A DNA stretch of 64,000 nucleotides from Octopus vulgaris (taxonomy: Eukaryota): NCBI GenBank assembly GCA_951406725.2, contig OX597822.1:55614001-55678000 (forward strand). Direction: 5' to 3'. Made by a program: the position numbers and the translations under genes. Within the stretch, counting starts at the first letter, position 1; each line of letters begins with the position of its first letter. The notes under the pieces were generated by a model. The model searched no databases, was not told the DNA's origin, and saw only the letters and a program-made list of their open reading frames with translations. Below are positions 12,672-27,947 of this stretch, in pieces.

Positions 12672-13062
12672 ATTTTAAAACTTGTTGTCAAAACAATAAA
12701 TCTCGAAAATGATTCAGAGTGTTTCAATTGAAAAACGTATAGGAATGTATTTGACAGCTTTTATTTAAGAGGTGAAAATATTTCTGAAATACAAACTTAA
12801 TATGCAAGGACACAGTATATTAGAATACGGTAATCAATTATATTGTAGGAAAGTAAAAAGTAAAGGGAAAAAATAGAATTAATATTTTTGATTTTATCCG
12901 GCTCTATGAATTTAATTTTTTAAAAAAATGCTTTCGTCAATTACTTGATACAAGAAAAAAGAAATTGGAAAAATCCTGACCAAAACAGAAATTCCAACTT
13001 AACAAAAAATATAGAAAGAGAAAGTTTGAGTTTATTTCCACCACGCGACACTTATTATCACA

Positions 13063-13094
<32 letters not shown>

Positions 13095-13101
13095 TATTCA
13101 T

Positions 13102-13160
<59 letters not shown>

Positions 13161-13548
13161 CTTTTAGTTTTAGTTTATTTATACACATCAACAAATGAGC
13201 CAATTGAACAACTCTGTATTTGTTCAATTTGCTAGAAATAACAGTCAAATCTCTCTCATACTATAAGGGAAGGGGAAAAATAGAATTAATATTTTTGATT
13301 TTGTTCGGCTCTATGAATTTAATTTTTTTAAAATCCATTACTTGATACAAGAAAACATAAACTGGAAAAATCCTGACCAAAATAGTAACTTAACAAAAAA
13401 TGTAGAAAGAGAGAGAAATGGTTGTATTCGAAAGCCAAAAGATGTTTTTTAGCTGAGGTGTAATTTTATAATTTAAATTTCCGAACATAAGGCTTACCAT
13501 GTTATCAGATGTATGGCCGAATTTAAATGGGTAAAAGACCTAAAACAA

Positions 13549-13606
<58 letters not shown>

Positions 13607-14189
13607 TTGGGCCTTTAATAGCCAGGGTTCAATTTCAGTTCAATCGTAGAAAGGAATTCAAATACCTATCAGCCACTCCCAAAAGACAGTTTCATGCCGT
13701 CATCTCTCTCTCACCTCCCTCACTTCCTCTCTCCCTTACTCGACATACACATCAAATTTAAGTATCTTAATCTTCTCGTTAAGATCGTTGCTACTTCGAC
13801 GCCCCAGTAGACATAGGTGTTTAGAAGTAGTGATACAACACATAGGTGGTGTTTTAAATCTCTTCCAGAAATTACAAAAGATCTAGTAATTTTTTGTGAA
13901 GCAACAAAATTGCTTTCTCTTAAACGAGACACACGTGTCACGTACGTACAGAAAACAGATTGGCGTATTAATATTATTGATAATGTATCCAATCTCACAG
14001 AATATTCTACTTTAACTGTACCCACAAACAACTTTTTTGCTGTGTGCGCGGGTGTGTGTGTGGATGGGTGTGTCGCTGGGAGTAATTTGCATATTGTTTT
14101 GCCTTGTTAAGTATATGCGCTACCATGCGAGTAAGCATCGCTAAATTTCTTCGGGGACGTAAACAAACCAACACTGGTTAGCAAGTGGT

Positions 14190-14480
14190 ATGGGAGAAAA
14201 AACTAGTTTATGAAGCAGAAGTCTAGAAGTCACAGCAACCTTCAAGATAACGTAACTGAACAGAAAAATTACATCGAAGGCAATTTTAAAAGAAATTTGC
14301 AAACTACTCGTCTTCTTACCGCAACATAGACAAAAGTAAAGCTATTAAATTGACTAGCCACGTATTGAGTTTGAAGATCAACTGGACACTATAAACAATC
14401 AAGTGGAGAATCGTGCCATATGAAAATGGATTTAAGAAATGTAATTTATGCGTAGCCGAAAACTCGCACATTCTTTTTAG
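14190..14480 (+). pseudogene. Degraded PLE GIY-YIG fragment
   Basis: LVYEAEV...YIEGNFK...SSYRNIDKSKAIKLTSHV read across frameshifts. Confidence 0.5.
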
Positions 14481-14992
14481 ATCAAGAATTCCACTGCACT
14501 ACTTAAGTCCAGATCCAAAATTTTCATTTTATGCAAGCATATGGCCAAATTTCTTTGGGTGAACTGGAGGACACCACCATTTCTGAATTGAGCAGGCGTC
14601 TCGCAGACTTTGGACCCCTCTCCTTCGAATTATTCTTCAATGCTTAATTCAGTTATAACTTCTACAGGCAAAGAGGATGTAACTCTAATTTTCTTTCTTT
14701 TTCTGTTTTTATTCTGCTTTCTCTTTTCATTCCTCATTTCCACCAACTTCTCGCTTTTTTCTCGTGGTTTCTCATGTACCAGCGTCTTGATTTTAAAACA
14801 GAATGAGCCATGTGCTCAGAGCACGTAGATTGCTTGAAGACATAAGGCACGTTTTATTAAAAAAAAAAACCTGTCTAACTACGCATCATAATGGCAAGAA
14901 GCTATTGGTGCTGCGCAGTGTGACTGAACCTGAAACTACGTGGTTACAAAGCGAGCTTCTTAAATATACAGCCATTCCTGCACCTGTATTCT

Positions 14993-15377
14993 TTTATTCT
15001 TTTATTTTTTATTTGTTTCAGTCATTTGACTGCGGCCATGCTGGAGCACCGCCTTTTTAATCAAACAAATCGACCCCGGGACTTATTCTTTGTAAGCCTA
15101 GTACTTATTTTATCGCTCTCTTTTGACGAACCGCCAAGTTACGGGGACGTAAATACACCAGCATCGGTTGTCAAGCGATGTTGGGGCACAAACACAGATG
15201 CACACAAACACACACACATATACGACGGGCTTCTTTCAGTTTCCGTCTACCAAATTCACTCACAAGGCTTTGGTCGGCTTGAGGCTATAGTAGAAGACAC
15301 TTGCCCAAGATGCCACGCAGTGGGACTAGACCCGGAACCATGTGGTTGGTAAGCAAGCTACTTGCCACACAGCCATT
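14993..15377 (-). mobile_element. SINE family A copy
   Basis: Reverse complement of the family A consensus. Confidence 0.85.
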
Positions 15378-15695
15378 CCCGAAGAAAAAAAGAAGAAAAA
15401 CAGCGAAAATATCCCTCAACCTTAAGAACAACACCAATATCATTCAAATGAAAAATGGTTTCCGATTTTGGTACAAAGACATCAGTCTTAGGAGGAATGT
15501 TTTAGTAGATTATATCATCTCTATACTTGACTGGTACTTTATCGTTGTTGGAGAGATGAAATATAAAGTTGATGTCGGGGGAATTTCAACTTAAAACTGA
15601 ATGAGCTGGCAAAGCATTATGTCTTAAGACTTTCTAGCGATTCTGCCAGTTTGCAGCTTTCAATATTGCGGCAATGAAAAAAACTGTTTAAGATA

Positions 15696-16985
15696 CGAGG
15701 GGCGTTCAATAAGTAATGCCCCTGACCCACTTCCCATAGCAGTAGCAACGAAACTTAGCACAGGTATTAGTCTTTTTCAGCATAGGAACCACCCAGAGTT
15801 ACGCATTTTTCCCATCGTTTGATACAGCTCTGGAGACCGTTTTCATAGAAGACCCCAGCTTGGTCCTCCAACCACGACGTGACTTCAGAAATCAAGGCTG
15901 CATAATCTGGGAAACGCTTTCCTTTCAAAAACAACTTCATGGCTGGGAAGAGGTGAAAATCAGAGGGTGCAAGGTCAGGAGAGTAGGGGGATGGGGGAAG
16001 TGTTCATAGCCGCACGCCTGTGCTTCAGATCTGGCGACACGCGAGTTGTGGACCGGAGCGTTGTCCTGCAGGAGGAGGATGCCTTTGGTGATCTTGCCCC
16101 GCATCTTGGTTTTGATAGCTTCTCTTAATTTCCTCAAAAGTGAAGCATGATAGGCTCCTGTAATTGTGGTACCCTTTGCCAGGAAATCTGTCATCACTAC
16201 TCCGTCCTGGTCCCAGAAGACTGTGAGCATGACCTTGCCAGCGGAGGGCTGCACCCTTGCCTTCTTTAGAGGAGGTGAGTCATGGTGCTTCCACTGCATT
16301 GACTGGGCTTTGATCTCTGGATCATCGTGAAGGACCCAGGTCTCATCCTGTGTAATCAGTCTTTTGAAAAATTTTGACTCATCTTCTTGGTACATCCCTA
16401 AATTCATCCTCGAGCACTCGACGCGTTCTTGCTCCAGGAAAAGTGTGAGCAACCTGGGAATCCCTCTGGCAGACACCTTTTGCATATGCAAATGGTCATG
16501 AATGATAGTTTCCACAGATCCGGTACTAATCTTGACCTCATGGGCTATTTGGCGAATAGTTATGCGTCCATCTTCCAAAATGGCAGCCTCAACTTGACGG
16601 ACAGATGCCTCATCAATGGCAGAAGGGGTGCGACCAGATCTGGGAGCTGTTTCCACAGAGTTCCGACCATGTTTGAATTCACGATGCCAGCGTTTTACAA
16701 GGTCATATGATGGGGCATCATCATCATAAGTTATTTTCATTTCATCAAAAGTCTCCTGTGGTGTGCGTCATTTCAAATACAAAAACCGGATCACTTCTCG
16801 ACACTCAACAGGCTCCATTTCCCACTTGACTCATTTCAAACACATGTAAATCAGAAACCACTATTAGTTCGGAGCTGTAATTTGCCACTTAATCTATAGA
16901 GATATAAATAATTACACATGCAAACTCTCAGCTAGATCAATCAACGGCAAGTGGGTCAGAGGCATTACTTATTGAACGCCCCTCG
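15696..16985 (-). mobile_element. Full-length mariner transposon (1290 bp)
   Basis: TIRs cgaggggcgttcaataagtaatgcc(c/t)ctgacccactt; TA duplication at 15694-15695 and 16986-16987. Confidence 0.95.
15767..16818 (-). pseudogene. Mariner DDD transposase with an early in-frame stop and a frameshift at HPP(Y)SPDL
   Basis: MEPVECREVIRFLYLK*; QDETW, QDNAP and SPDLAPSDFHLF motifs; ends RWEKCVTLGGSYAEKD*. Confidence 0.92.
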
Positions 16986-17059
16986 TATTACTATAATTCT
17001 CTCAACTATAGGAACAAGGTCTGAAAATTTTACATTCACTCCTAGTACTTGGCTGCACC

Positions 17060-17720
17060 TGCCCCTGTAACAGAAGAAAACATCACCATTAGAGATGAAA
17101 GTTTGCTTCAACGCAATGAATTCAAATACCTAGGCAGCACTATGTCAGATAATGTACGGCTGGACCAAGAAATCACATACTGAATGAGCTGAGATAGTTC
17201 TCCTTTTGAAAGGTCACAGAAGAGGCTGTGGTAAAATAGGCATGTTTCTATACAGGTCAAACGTAAGGTGTATCAGGTTATAGTGCTTCTTACTCTGTTG
17301 CATGGTGCTGAAACCAGGACAGTCTATAAAGCTCAAGTAAACAAATTACATGTATATATGATGAGACAGATTATGAATATCTTTCTGTTTAAACAAAAGA
17401 ATGAAGCAAGATCAGGAATGAAGAGATCCTACGGCGTACTGGCCTGCCTTTTATTATGGAAATCCTCATTGATAGAAATTTACGTTGGTTGGGACTGGTG
17501 CACAGGATGGATAACAACAGGATCCCCAGACAACTCTTTTATTCATAACTATGCAAAGGAAGGAGAAACTATGGAAGACGTAGAATGCGATTTAAAGATA
17601 CTGCAAAAGCAATATGAATTTGAAAAGAATCGGTCATAATAAATGGCAAAATCAAGTGGGAAACCGACCAGTGTGGAGAAAGCTTATCAAGTCATGCCAA
17701 AGCCACGAACTAGCAGCAAA
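17060..17720 (+). mobile_element. Degraded RTE-clade LINE 3' fragment
   Basis: FKYLGST, KVYQVIVLLTLLHGAET and RWLG..HRMDNNRIPRQL motifs. Confidence 0.75.
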
Positions 17721-17955
17721 TAATAATAGTTATGTTTATGTACTTGTTTTGCAAGATTCTTGATATGAAATTGTGTGTTGAAACAGATATTGATGCATTT
17801 CGGGATGGTAAATTTTCTATTGTTTTTGTCACATAAACATTCTCAATATAGTGTGTGTGTGTTTATTTGACAAGAAAAAAAAAGGGCATCCCGAAAAACA
17901 ACAATAATAATAATACTTGAATGTTACGTATCTTAAACATGTTGCCCTCTGTGCT

Positions 17956-18720
17956 AACATCATCATCATTGTTCGACCGTGGTCGAGACAATGGAATTTA
18001 CCATGCTACGCCAGACTTCACGGTCCATCATGGCATTACGGAGGTCCTGTTGCTGGATGTCTGTATCCCTGGAGATTACATCAGGGTAGGAGAGTGTGCG
18101 CCCTCTGGTATTGCGAGTAGATGGCTTCCAGAGAAGAGTAGAAATTACTTCTTTTTCAGCTCTACAACAATGTCCAGCAAACTGGATTCTCCTACCTTTC
18201 ACAAGAGATGACACAGGTGGTAATTTCCCATATATTTGCATTTTAGTTGGATGGCGCCTCCACGAGAGATTTTGAGCTCTCATAAGGAGGCGAGTGTAGG
18301 TTCCATCCAACCGCCTCTCAAGCTTCTTTGATAACGTCCAGGTTTCTGAGCCATATAGTAGAATTGGTTCGACTGTGGCTTTGAACATTTCAAGTTTGAA
18401 GTCTCTACTTAGATTTGATGACCAGATCTTATGCATGTCATTACAGGCTGACCAGGCCATACCCTTTCTAGTTAGAAAGTCTTTTCCAGATGATGATATG
18501 TATGACCCAAGATATTTATAATCAGAAACCATATTTAAGGGCGCGTTGTTGAGAGTATGGATGATGCAATCACTGTTGGACAGGCACTTGTTTATGTATT
18601 CAGTTTTGGCCTCATTGAGGTAAAGACCTACACAATTTGAGGCTTGTTCAAGAGATTGTAAAAGAGACTGGGCATTGGAGAGAGAATCACTGATAAGAGC
18701 GATGTCGTCAGCAAAGTCAG
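17956..18720 (-). mobile_element. RTE/RTEX-like LINE 3' fragment (RT C-terminus) with (TGA)n tail
   Basis: DFADDIAL, YKYLGSYI, ILLYGSETW and FAGHC in one open frame ending at 17966. Confidence 0.85.
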
Positions 18721-19194
18721 TCTGGGCTAACGATTCTGCCAGCTTGCTGCCTTAAGACAAAATATAAAGAAAATAAACTTCAAGACGCGTGAGAGTTGTA
18801 CATAATAGTATTGCCGTTCCTATTCTTCTTTTTTTTCTTTTATTTCTTATCGCTAGGTTATAGTGGAAGCAGTGAAGGCTAAACTGTGATAGCTGATGGC
18901 GATTTAAATGGGCACATTAATTATAGTATGGGAAAGGAATGAGTTTCAAAAGGAATAGAAGTTAGTGATATAGTGTTATGACGGTAGCACTTGGTGTGAA
19001 GCGGTAATTAGCTAGAATAAATATTTGTTAAATGGGTTAATGCTGTTAATTACAGAAGCAAGCAATTAAATTTAATTATTGCAACAAAGTTTCTAATATG
19101 AATTTGATTTCTATTTGCGCATTATTTGATACCTCCTTTGAAATGGTATTATATCTTATTTTAGTTTTGATTTACATTGAATGTGGCTTGACGT

Positions 19195-19500
19195 GTGCAG
19201 GCGTGGTTGTCTGGAAAAAAGTTTACCTCCCAAACACATGGTTTCAAAATCAGTCCAATTGCATGACACCTTGGGCAAGTGTCTGCAACTATAGCTCCAG
19301 GTCGAAAGCCTTGTAAATGTATTTGGTACAGGAAAACTGAATGATGATAATCTACTTATATATAGGCGCAGGAGTAGCTGTGTGGTAAGAAGCTTACTTA
19401 CCAACTACATGGTTCCGGATTCAGTCCTACTGCGTGGCACCTTGGGCAAGTGTCTCACCAAAGCCTTGTGAGTGGATTTGGTAGACGGAAACTGAAAGAA
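19195..19500 (+). mobile_element. Two tandem SINE family A 5' parts
   Basis: Heads at ~19195 and ~19365. Confidence 0.75.
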
Positions 19501-19510
19501 CTCAATCGTA

Positions 19511-19575
<65 letters not shown>

Positions 19576-19581
<6 letters not shown>

Positions 19582-20016
19582 TGCTGTATGTAGGACAGAC
19601 GGGACGCCGGTTGTCCGACCGATTCACAGAACATTTGAGGGACGTTCGCCTACACTCTTTTTCTCCCGTCGCACGCCACTTCCGCTCGGCCAGCCATTCC
19701 CTAGATGACATCTCAGTGTTTGGTCTCGCCCCCCCACAATGGTCGTCCACTTTCTAGGCTCCACTTGGAGCAACGCTACATCTTTACCCTACAAACCACT
19801 ACCCCACACGGACTTAACACAGCTCCCTCCTCCTAAGGTTTTTTTTTTCCGGATAGACACCCCCCACACACACACCTACCTACATCCCACACGCCTGTTC
19901 ACACACACACATACGGATACACATCTACTTACACACATTCACACATTTAATCACACATACTTATAGACATACATGCACACACTAACATACATACACACAT
20001 ACATACATACACACAC

Positions 20017-20059
<43 letters not shown>

Positions 20060-21782
20060 TACATACATACACACATACATACGCACATACATACACACAC
20101 ACACACACACATCGCACATACATACTTCACACACCTATACTTACATACACACACACACATGCACACATACATGTACGCACACACACATACATACACACAT
20201 ACCCACACATGCACACCTTCACACGAATGCACACACACATACACCTATTTGCACCCAGGCAAACCCCCCTCTTTTCTGCTTTCTGGTTTTGGTTGATGGA
20301 TCCTCGGTTCCCGTGGAGCGGGTTGTTCGGGGGCCCCCCCCGCGCGCACGCCTTGGCGCGTGCTGGGGGTTGGTCGGCCCCATGGGCTTGCGTTGTATTG
20401 TTTGTGTGTTGTGTGTGTGAGCGTGCTTCGTGTGTGTGGGCGTGCTTCGGGTGTGTGCGTGCGTATGTATACATACATACCCACACACACGCTTGCATCC
20501 CTACCCACATACATACACGCACACCTACTCACACACACACTTACACACACACATACACACACACACATACCCGCACACACACACACATACATACACACAC
20601 ATACCTACTTCAGACATACACACACACAGACATACACCCATACACTCACACTCACACGCATACACACACACACACATACAAACGCACACATACACACACA
20701 CACCTACATACATACATTACACTTGTACACACACACACTTACATTCATACACACACACACCTACACAGCCATACCTTCACTCATACATACACACATACCT
20801 ACACACACACACAAACACTCACAGACACACACCCATACATACATACACCTAGACACACACGCCTACACACATACATACACACATACATAAACACACACAC
20901 ATACACACACACATATACTTACACACATGCACACACACACACATACATACATACATACATACACCCACACACATACTCACACACATACTTACATACTCCT
21001 ATACGCACATACATACACACAGACATACACACATACACACTCACACATACATACACACACACATACTTACACACACACTCGCCTGCACGCGCACACACAT
21101 GCATGACAAACACCCATACACTCACACTCACATACACACACACCAACATATACACGCACACGCACACATACACGCACACACACACCTACACTCCCACACA
21201 CATACATACGCACCTACATACACACACACACGCACACACACGCATACATACATATATTACACACGTACACACACACCTACATACACATGCATACACACAC
21301 ACACACAAACACACACGGTCACACCCATACATACATACACCTATACACACACGCCCACACACCTACATACACACACATGCATACACACACATACACGGAC
21401 ACACCCATACATACTTACATACATACACCTATACACACACGCCTACACACCTACATACACACACATGCATACACACACACACACATGTACGCACATACAC
21501 ACATACGCACATACATATATACCTACACACATGCACACACACACACATACGCACATGCATACGCATACATGCATACATGCATACACACACACACGCACGT
21601 ACACATACATACACACACACACATACACACACACCCATACACAATCATGCATCCTACACACACAGACATACACACTCACACATACATACACACACACACA
21701 CTCACTCACACACCTGCATGTACGCGCACACACATGCACCTACACACACTTCCACACACACACACGTACATACATACATACT

Positions 21783-21813
<31 letters not shown>

Positions 21814-22945
21814 GGAAATACATCTATATACACACATATACACACACATACTTACATACATTCATCGGACACACTGACACCCAGACTTACACACAGACAC
21901 ATTCACACATCCCCACACATACATACACACATACTCGCAGGCGCGCGCACATACACGCTTGTGCACGTTCGCGCACGCATACACGCATGCATGCACCACG
22001 CTCGTGGTTGACCGACTAGATCTCCTGTACGTATCTGGGGCCGGCGCGTGCCTTTGAGTTCTCCCACGCCTGTCACCGCGGGACCACTCTTCCATCTTCC
22101 TCTTTCCCCCCCTCCGCTGCAGTTTTTTTCCTTAACCACCCCCCTCTTTGTACACACACGCACACACATACACACACCCACTCACACACACATTTGCATA
22201 TATATATACATTACACTTACACACACTTCAAATTTACTTGCCATGCACACAACTACGCACACTGGACACACTACCACTCTACACACACACTGGCACGTTA
22301 CATACGCCCCCACCCTTTCCCTCCTTCCCTTCTTCCCTCCTTCCTCCCTTTTTTACCACTGACCACTCACTCGAGACTTGCTATGTCATCCGTTCGCCCT
22401 GCACGCACTAACATATACATATTTTTTGTTTTTTTATCTCGCCTCACACACACATACACACACGCACACGCACACACTCACACATACATACACACGCACA
22501 CACACATACCTCCCTGTTTCTGATCTGCCTTTCTGACTTGCTAGGGTACCCCCACACACTCCTTTAATTCTACTACTGCCTGCTACTAGCCACTGTCCAC
22601 CATACACACACATACACACACACGCACACACTCACACACACACCCTCGTTTTCTCGCACACCTTTTTTACCATTCCCTCTTTGATTCAGCTCTCCTGTTT
22701 TTAAAAAACATTTTCCTCCTTTTTTACCACTTCCGTCTTTTCAGTATGTGACCTCGTGAAGACTACCTGCAATTTTTTTTTCCTCTGTCCTCCCGTCTCG
22801 GGATCTTTCTTTCTCCTATGTTTCCGACGAAGAGCTCCGCTCGAAACGTCATACCCTCCTTCTTCCATTTTCCTGAGCGCCTAATAATAATAATACTGTA
22901 ATTGTTCCACGTGTTGTTGTTTTTTCTGTTTTCCCGTTTGGATTA

Positions 22946-22950
<5 letters not shown>
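19576..22950 (+). mobile_element. 5'-truncated PLE: GIY-YIG remnant, ~2.8-kb CA-rich region, HHR-bearing terminal repeat
   Basis: 19577-19730 encodes GMLYVGQTGRRLSDRFTEHLRD...PVARHFRS..HSLDDISVFGL, like the 2684-3376 ORF. HHR at 22820; (TA)n on both sides. Confidence 0.75.
22820..22854 (+). ncRNA. Minimal type-I hammerhead motif (U4C core variant)
   Basis: GTTT-CCGACGA-A-GAGC(tcc)GCTC-GAAA-CGTC-ATAC; triplet GUC; weak stem I. Confidence 0.65.
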
Positions 22951-23011
<61 letters not shown>

Positions 23012-23094
23012 CATACACACACACACACACACACATATATATGTGTGTGTGTGTGTGTATGTATATATGTATATATAAATATATATATATATAA

Positions 23095-23146
<52 letters not shown>

Positions 23147-23510
23147 GCTTGTGTATGTGTGTGTGGTGTATGTGTGTATGTCTGTGTGTCTGTGTTTGTT
23201 TCTCCACCATCGTTTGATAACCGATGCTAGTGTGTTTACGTCCCCGTAACTTAGCGGTTCGGCAAAAGAGACCAATAGAATAATTACTAGGCTTACAAAG
23301 AATAAGTCCTGGGGTCAATTTATTCTACTAAAGGCGGTGCTCCAGCATAGACGCAGTCAAATGAACGAAGCAAATAAAAGAGTAAAAGAATATATATAAG
23401 TATAAGGTTTGTTATGAGCATTTATAGAATACGTATCCTATAGAAACTCAACAAACAATTAAAGATGGAGAAGAGAGGCTGTTAAAAATTTTAATAAAAT
23501 TTTACTACAT

Positions 23511-23618
23511 GCATACGATCGTTTCGAACGGTAATATTAACGCGTAAAAACATGGAAAAAATTTTTAATTAATTTAATTATAATTAAATTAATTACCTTT
23601 TACCCTTCTCCTCAGTGC
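23511..23618 (-). ncRNA. Type-I hammerhead ribozyme with canonical core and ~65-nt stem-II insertion
   Basis: Minus strand: GCA-CTGAGGA-GAAGGGTAA...TTACCGTTC-GAAA-CGATCG-TA-TGC. Confidence 0.75.
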
Positions 23619-23774
23619 GGAAGAAGAATACATAAAAAAATACATTAGAAGATTCTTATATTGTTACAGAAGACTAGATGGAGTGAGTGTCATATAACAT
23701 ATTCGGATATTCATAATGTTATTGTGAAAGATGAAAGACAAAAACATGCTTAGGTATATGAACTACATATATTT

Positions 23775-24680
<906 letters not shown>

Positions 24681-24984
24681 ACGCATGTTAATTCAAATTC
24701 ATTGTTATTTGAGAACCTTTAGAAATCCCTGTTCATCTTATGAATGGACGGAAGTAATTCTTGTAAACATAATGCTTGTGATATCCCCCAAGGACCACAC
24801 ACAATCTCTCCCCGACTACTTTTTGAAAAACTTTCATATCTAGATATAATTTGAAAGTTAATTACGGTAATTAATATGAAAACAGTAGTCAGTTTGGTGA
24901 TTTCTTTCCCTTACTTACAGTATAGTGTTTTGTATTGTGAGCAAGTTCTCGGCTCTTTCTATTGTCTTCTAAGGATGATTGCTT

Positions 24985-25830
24985 CCAATTTTGGCACAAG
25001 GCTAGCGGTTTTGAGGGAAGGTGACTAGTACTTTTATGTAAATACTCAGCTAGTACTTATTTTATCGACCTTGAGATGATGAAAGGCAAAGTCGACTTCG
25101 GCAGCATTTGAACTCAGAAGGTAAAGTCGAAATAAATGTTAAACATTTTGTCCGACGTGCTAACGATTCTCCCAGCACTCCATCTTCGCCTTTGTAACAA
25201 TTCTTTCCACGATATAAACAAGGCCTGAAATTTGGGGGAATGGGGTAGATAATTACATAGATGAGTACTCATCGACCTCGAAATTATAAACGTCAAAGTC
25301 GACCTCATCGGAGTTTGAGCTCAAAATGTGAATGGGGACGAAATGCTGTTTAAGCATTTTGTCCGGCGTGCTCGCCGTCCTCTTCGCCAGTGTAATGATA
25401 ATACTAATAATCCTTTCTACTATAGGCACAAGGCCTGGAATTTGGGGAAGGGGTACAATCGATTACATCAACCCCAGTCCTCAACTGGTACTTATTTCAT
25501 CCCGAAAGGATGAAAGACAAAGTCGACCTCAGCGGGACTTGAAATATGAACGTAGCATTTCGCCCGGCGTACTAACAATTCTGTCAGCTCACCGCCTTCT
25601 GTAATGATAATAATAATCCTTTCTACTATAGACACTACGCTTGAAATTTTGCGGGAGGGGACTAGTCGATTACATCAACCGCAGTGTTTCATTGGTACTT
25701 CCTTTATCGAACCCGAAAGGATGAAAGACAGATTCGATCTCGGCGGAATTTGAACTCAGAACGTAAAGCCGGATGAAATACCTATTTTTTTACTGCCCAC
25801 AAAGGACTACACACAGAGGGAACAAATAAA
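24985..25830 (-). mobile_element. Head-to-tail cluster of 4 SINE family B copies
   Basis: Repeated gcacaaggcctgaaatt...aaagtcgacctcggcggaatttgaactcag units separated by taataat. Confidence 0.8.
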
Positions 25831-26117
25831 TTTTCTTCTGGTCGAGTAACCCATCCCGCTCAAAAGGTCCCTGAATAAGGGTTGTTGAACAAAACACCCA
25901 TGTTTCCAGAGGTGAATTATTCAAACCCCAAAGAATCCCTCTCAACACATGGCTATGATGCTCCCCCACAACTTCTGCTCGTGATCAGGGATGCACATAT
26001 CGTCAGCCACTAAGGGACATGCTCAACTGGTTATGGCCAAACAACTGATAAGCAAATCTGTGGTATTGAGCAGAATATTGATCAGAAGCCATGAGAGCCA
26101 CTGTCTGGTACTGCATC
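25831..26117 (-). repeat. Left arm of an inverted repeat pair (partner 26922-27272)
   Basis: Near-identical reverse complement, lacking a ~68-bp internal segment. Confidence 0.9.
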
Positions 26118-26132
26118 TTATAATAATAATAA

Positions 26133-26904
<772 letters not shown>

Positions 26905-26921
26905 GTAATAATAATAATAAT

Positions 26922-27272
26922 AAGATGCAGTACCAGACAGTGGTTCTCATGGCTTCTGATCTTAACTGATTGGAAGTGTTATCGTACTTTGTTTTGTCTT
27001 GGCATAAAAGATGGGCTACAGCAAATATTCTGCTCAATACCACAGATTTGCTTGTAAGTTGTTTGGCCTTAACCAGTTGAGCTTGTCCCTTAGTGGCTGA
27101 CGATATGTGCATCTTTGATCACGAGCAGAAGTTGTGGGGGAGCATCATAGCCATGTGTTGTGAGGGATTCTTTGGGGTTTGAATAATTCACCTCTGGAAA
27201 CATGGGTGTTTTGTTCAACAACCCTTATTCAGGGACCTTTTGAGCGGGATGGGTTACTCGGCCAGAATAAAA
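26922..27272 (+). repeat. Right arm of the inverted repeat pair
   Basis: See 25831-26117; starts directly after the (AAT)n tract. Confidence 0.9.
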
Positions 27273-27388
27273 TTCTAACTGGCTCTCCCCTGTAAGATCA
27301 TGTGTTGTTTATCTTGATATAAGATAACCATGTCGCGCACATATGGTTGTGGTGCATGTGCCTAGTGTACCCTGAAACAGGAAAAAAC

Positions 27389-27544
<156 letters not shown>

Positions 27545-27551
27545 ATAATAA

Positions 27552-27598
<47 letters not shown>

Positions 27599-27602
27599 AT
27601 AA

Positions 27603-27938
27603 TAATCCTTTCTACGAAATACACAACGCCTGGTTTTACTGGTGCTTAACGGATCAGTCGACCTTGGCGGAATTTGAACTCAGAACGCAGCAGCAGACGA
27701 GGTACCTATTTCTTTATTACCCACAACGGGCTAAACATAGAGAGGGCAAACAAGGACAGACATAGGTATTAAGTCGATTACATCGACCCCAGTGCGTAAC
27801 TGGTACTTAATTTATCGACCCCGAAAGATGAAAGGTAAAGTCGACCTCGGCGGAATTTGAACTCACAACGTAACGGCAGACGAGATACCGCTAAGCATTT
27901 CACCCAGCGTGCTAACGATTCTGTCAGCTCGCCGCCTT
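27603..27938 (-). mobile_element. SINE family B with duplicated internal unit
   Basis: Reverse complement of the 11530-type sequence. Confidence 0.8.
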
Positions 27939-27947
27939 AATAATAAT

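Noticed and set aside
13720-14110. Overlapping ~100-aa ORFs on both strands
   Set aside because: No recognisable domain or splice context; cannot be supported.
20209-22011. 600-aa His/Thr-rich ORF
   Set aside because: Translation of CA/TA microsatellite, which is stop-poor by composition; overlapping frames are equally open.
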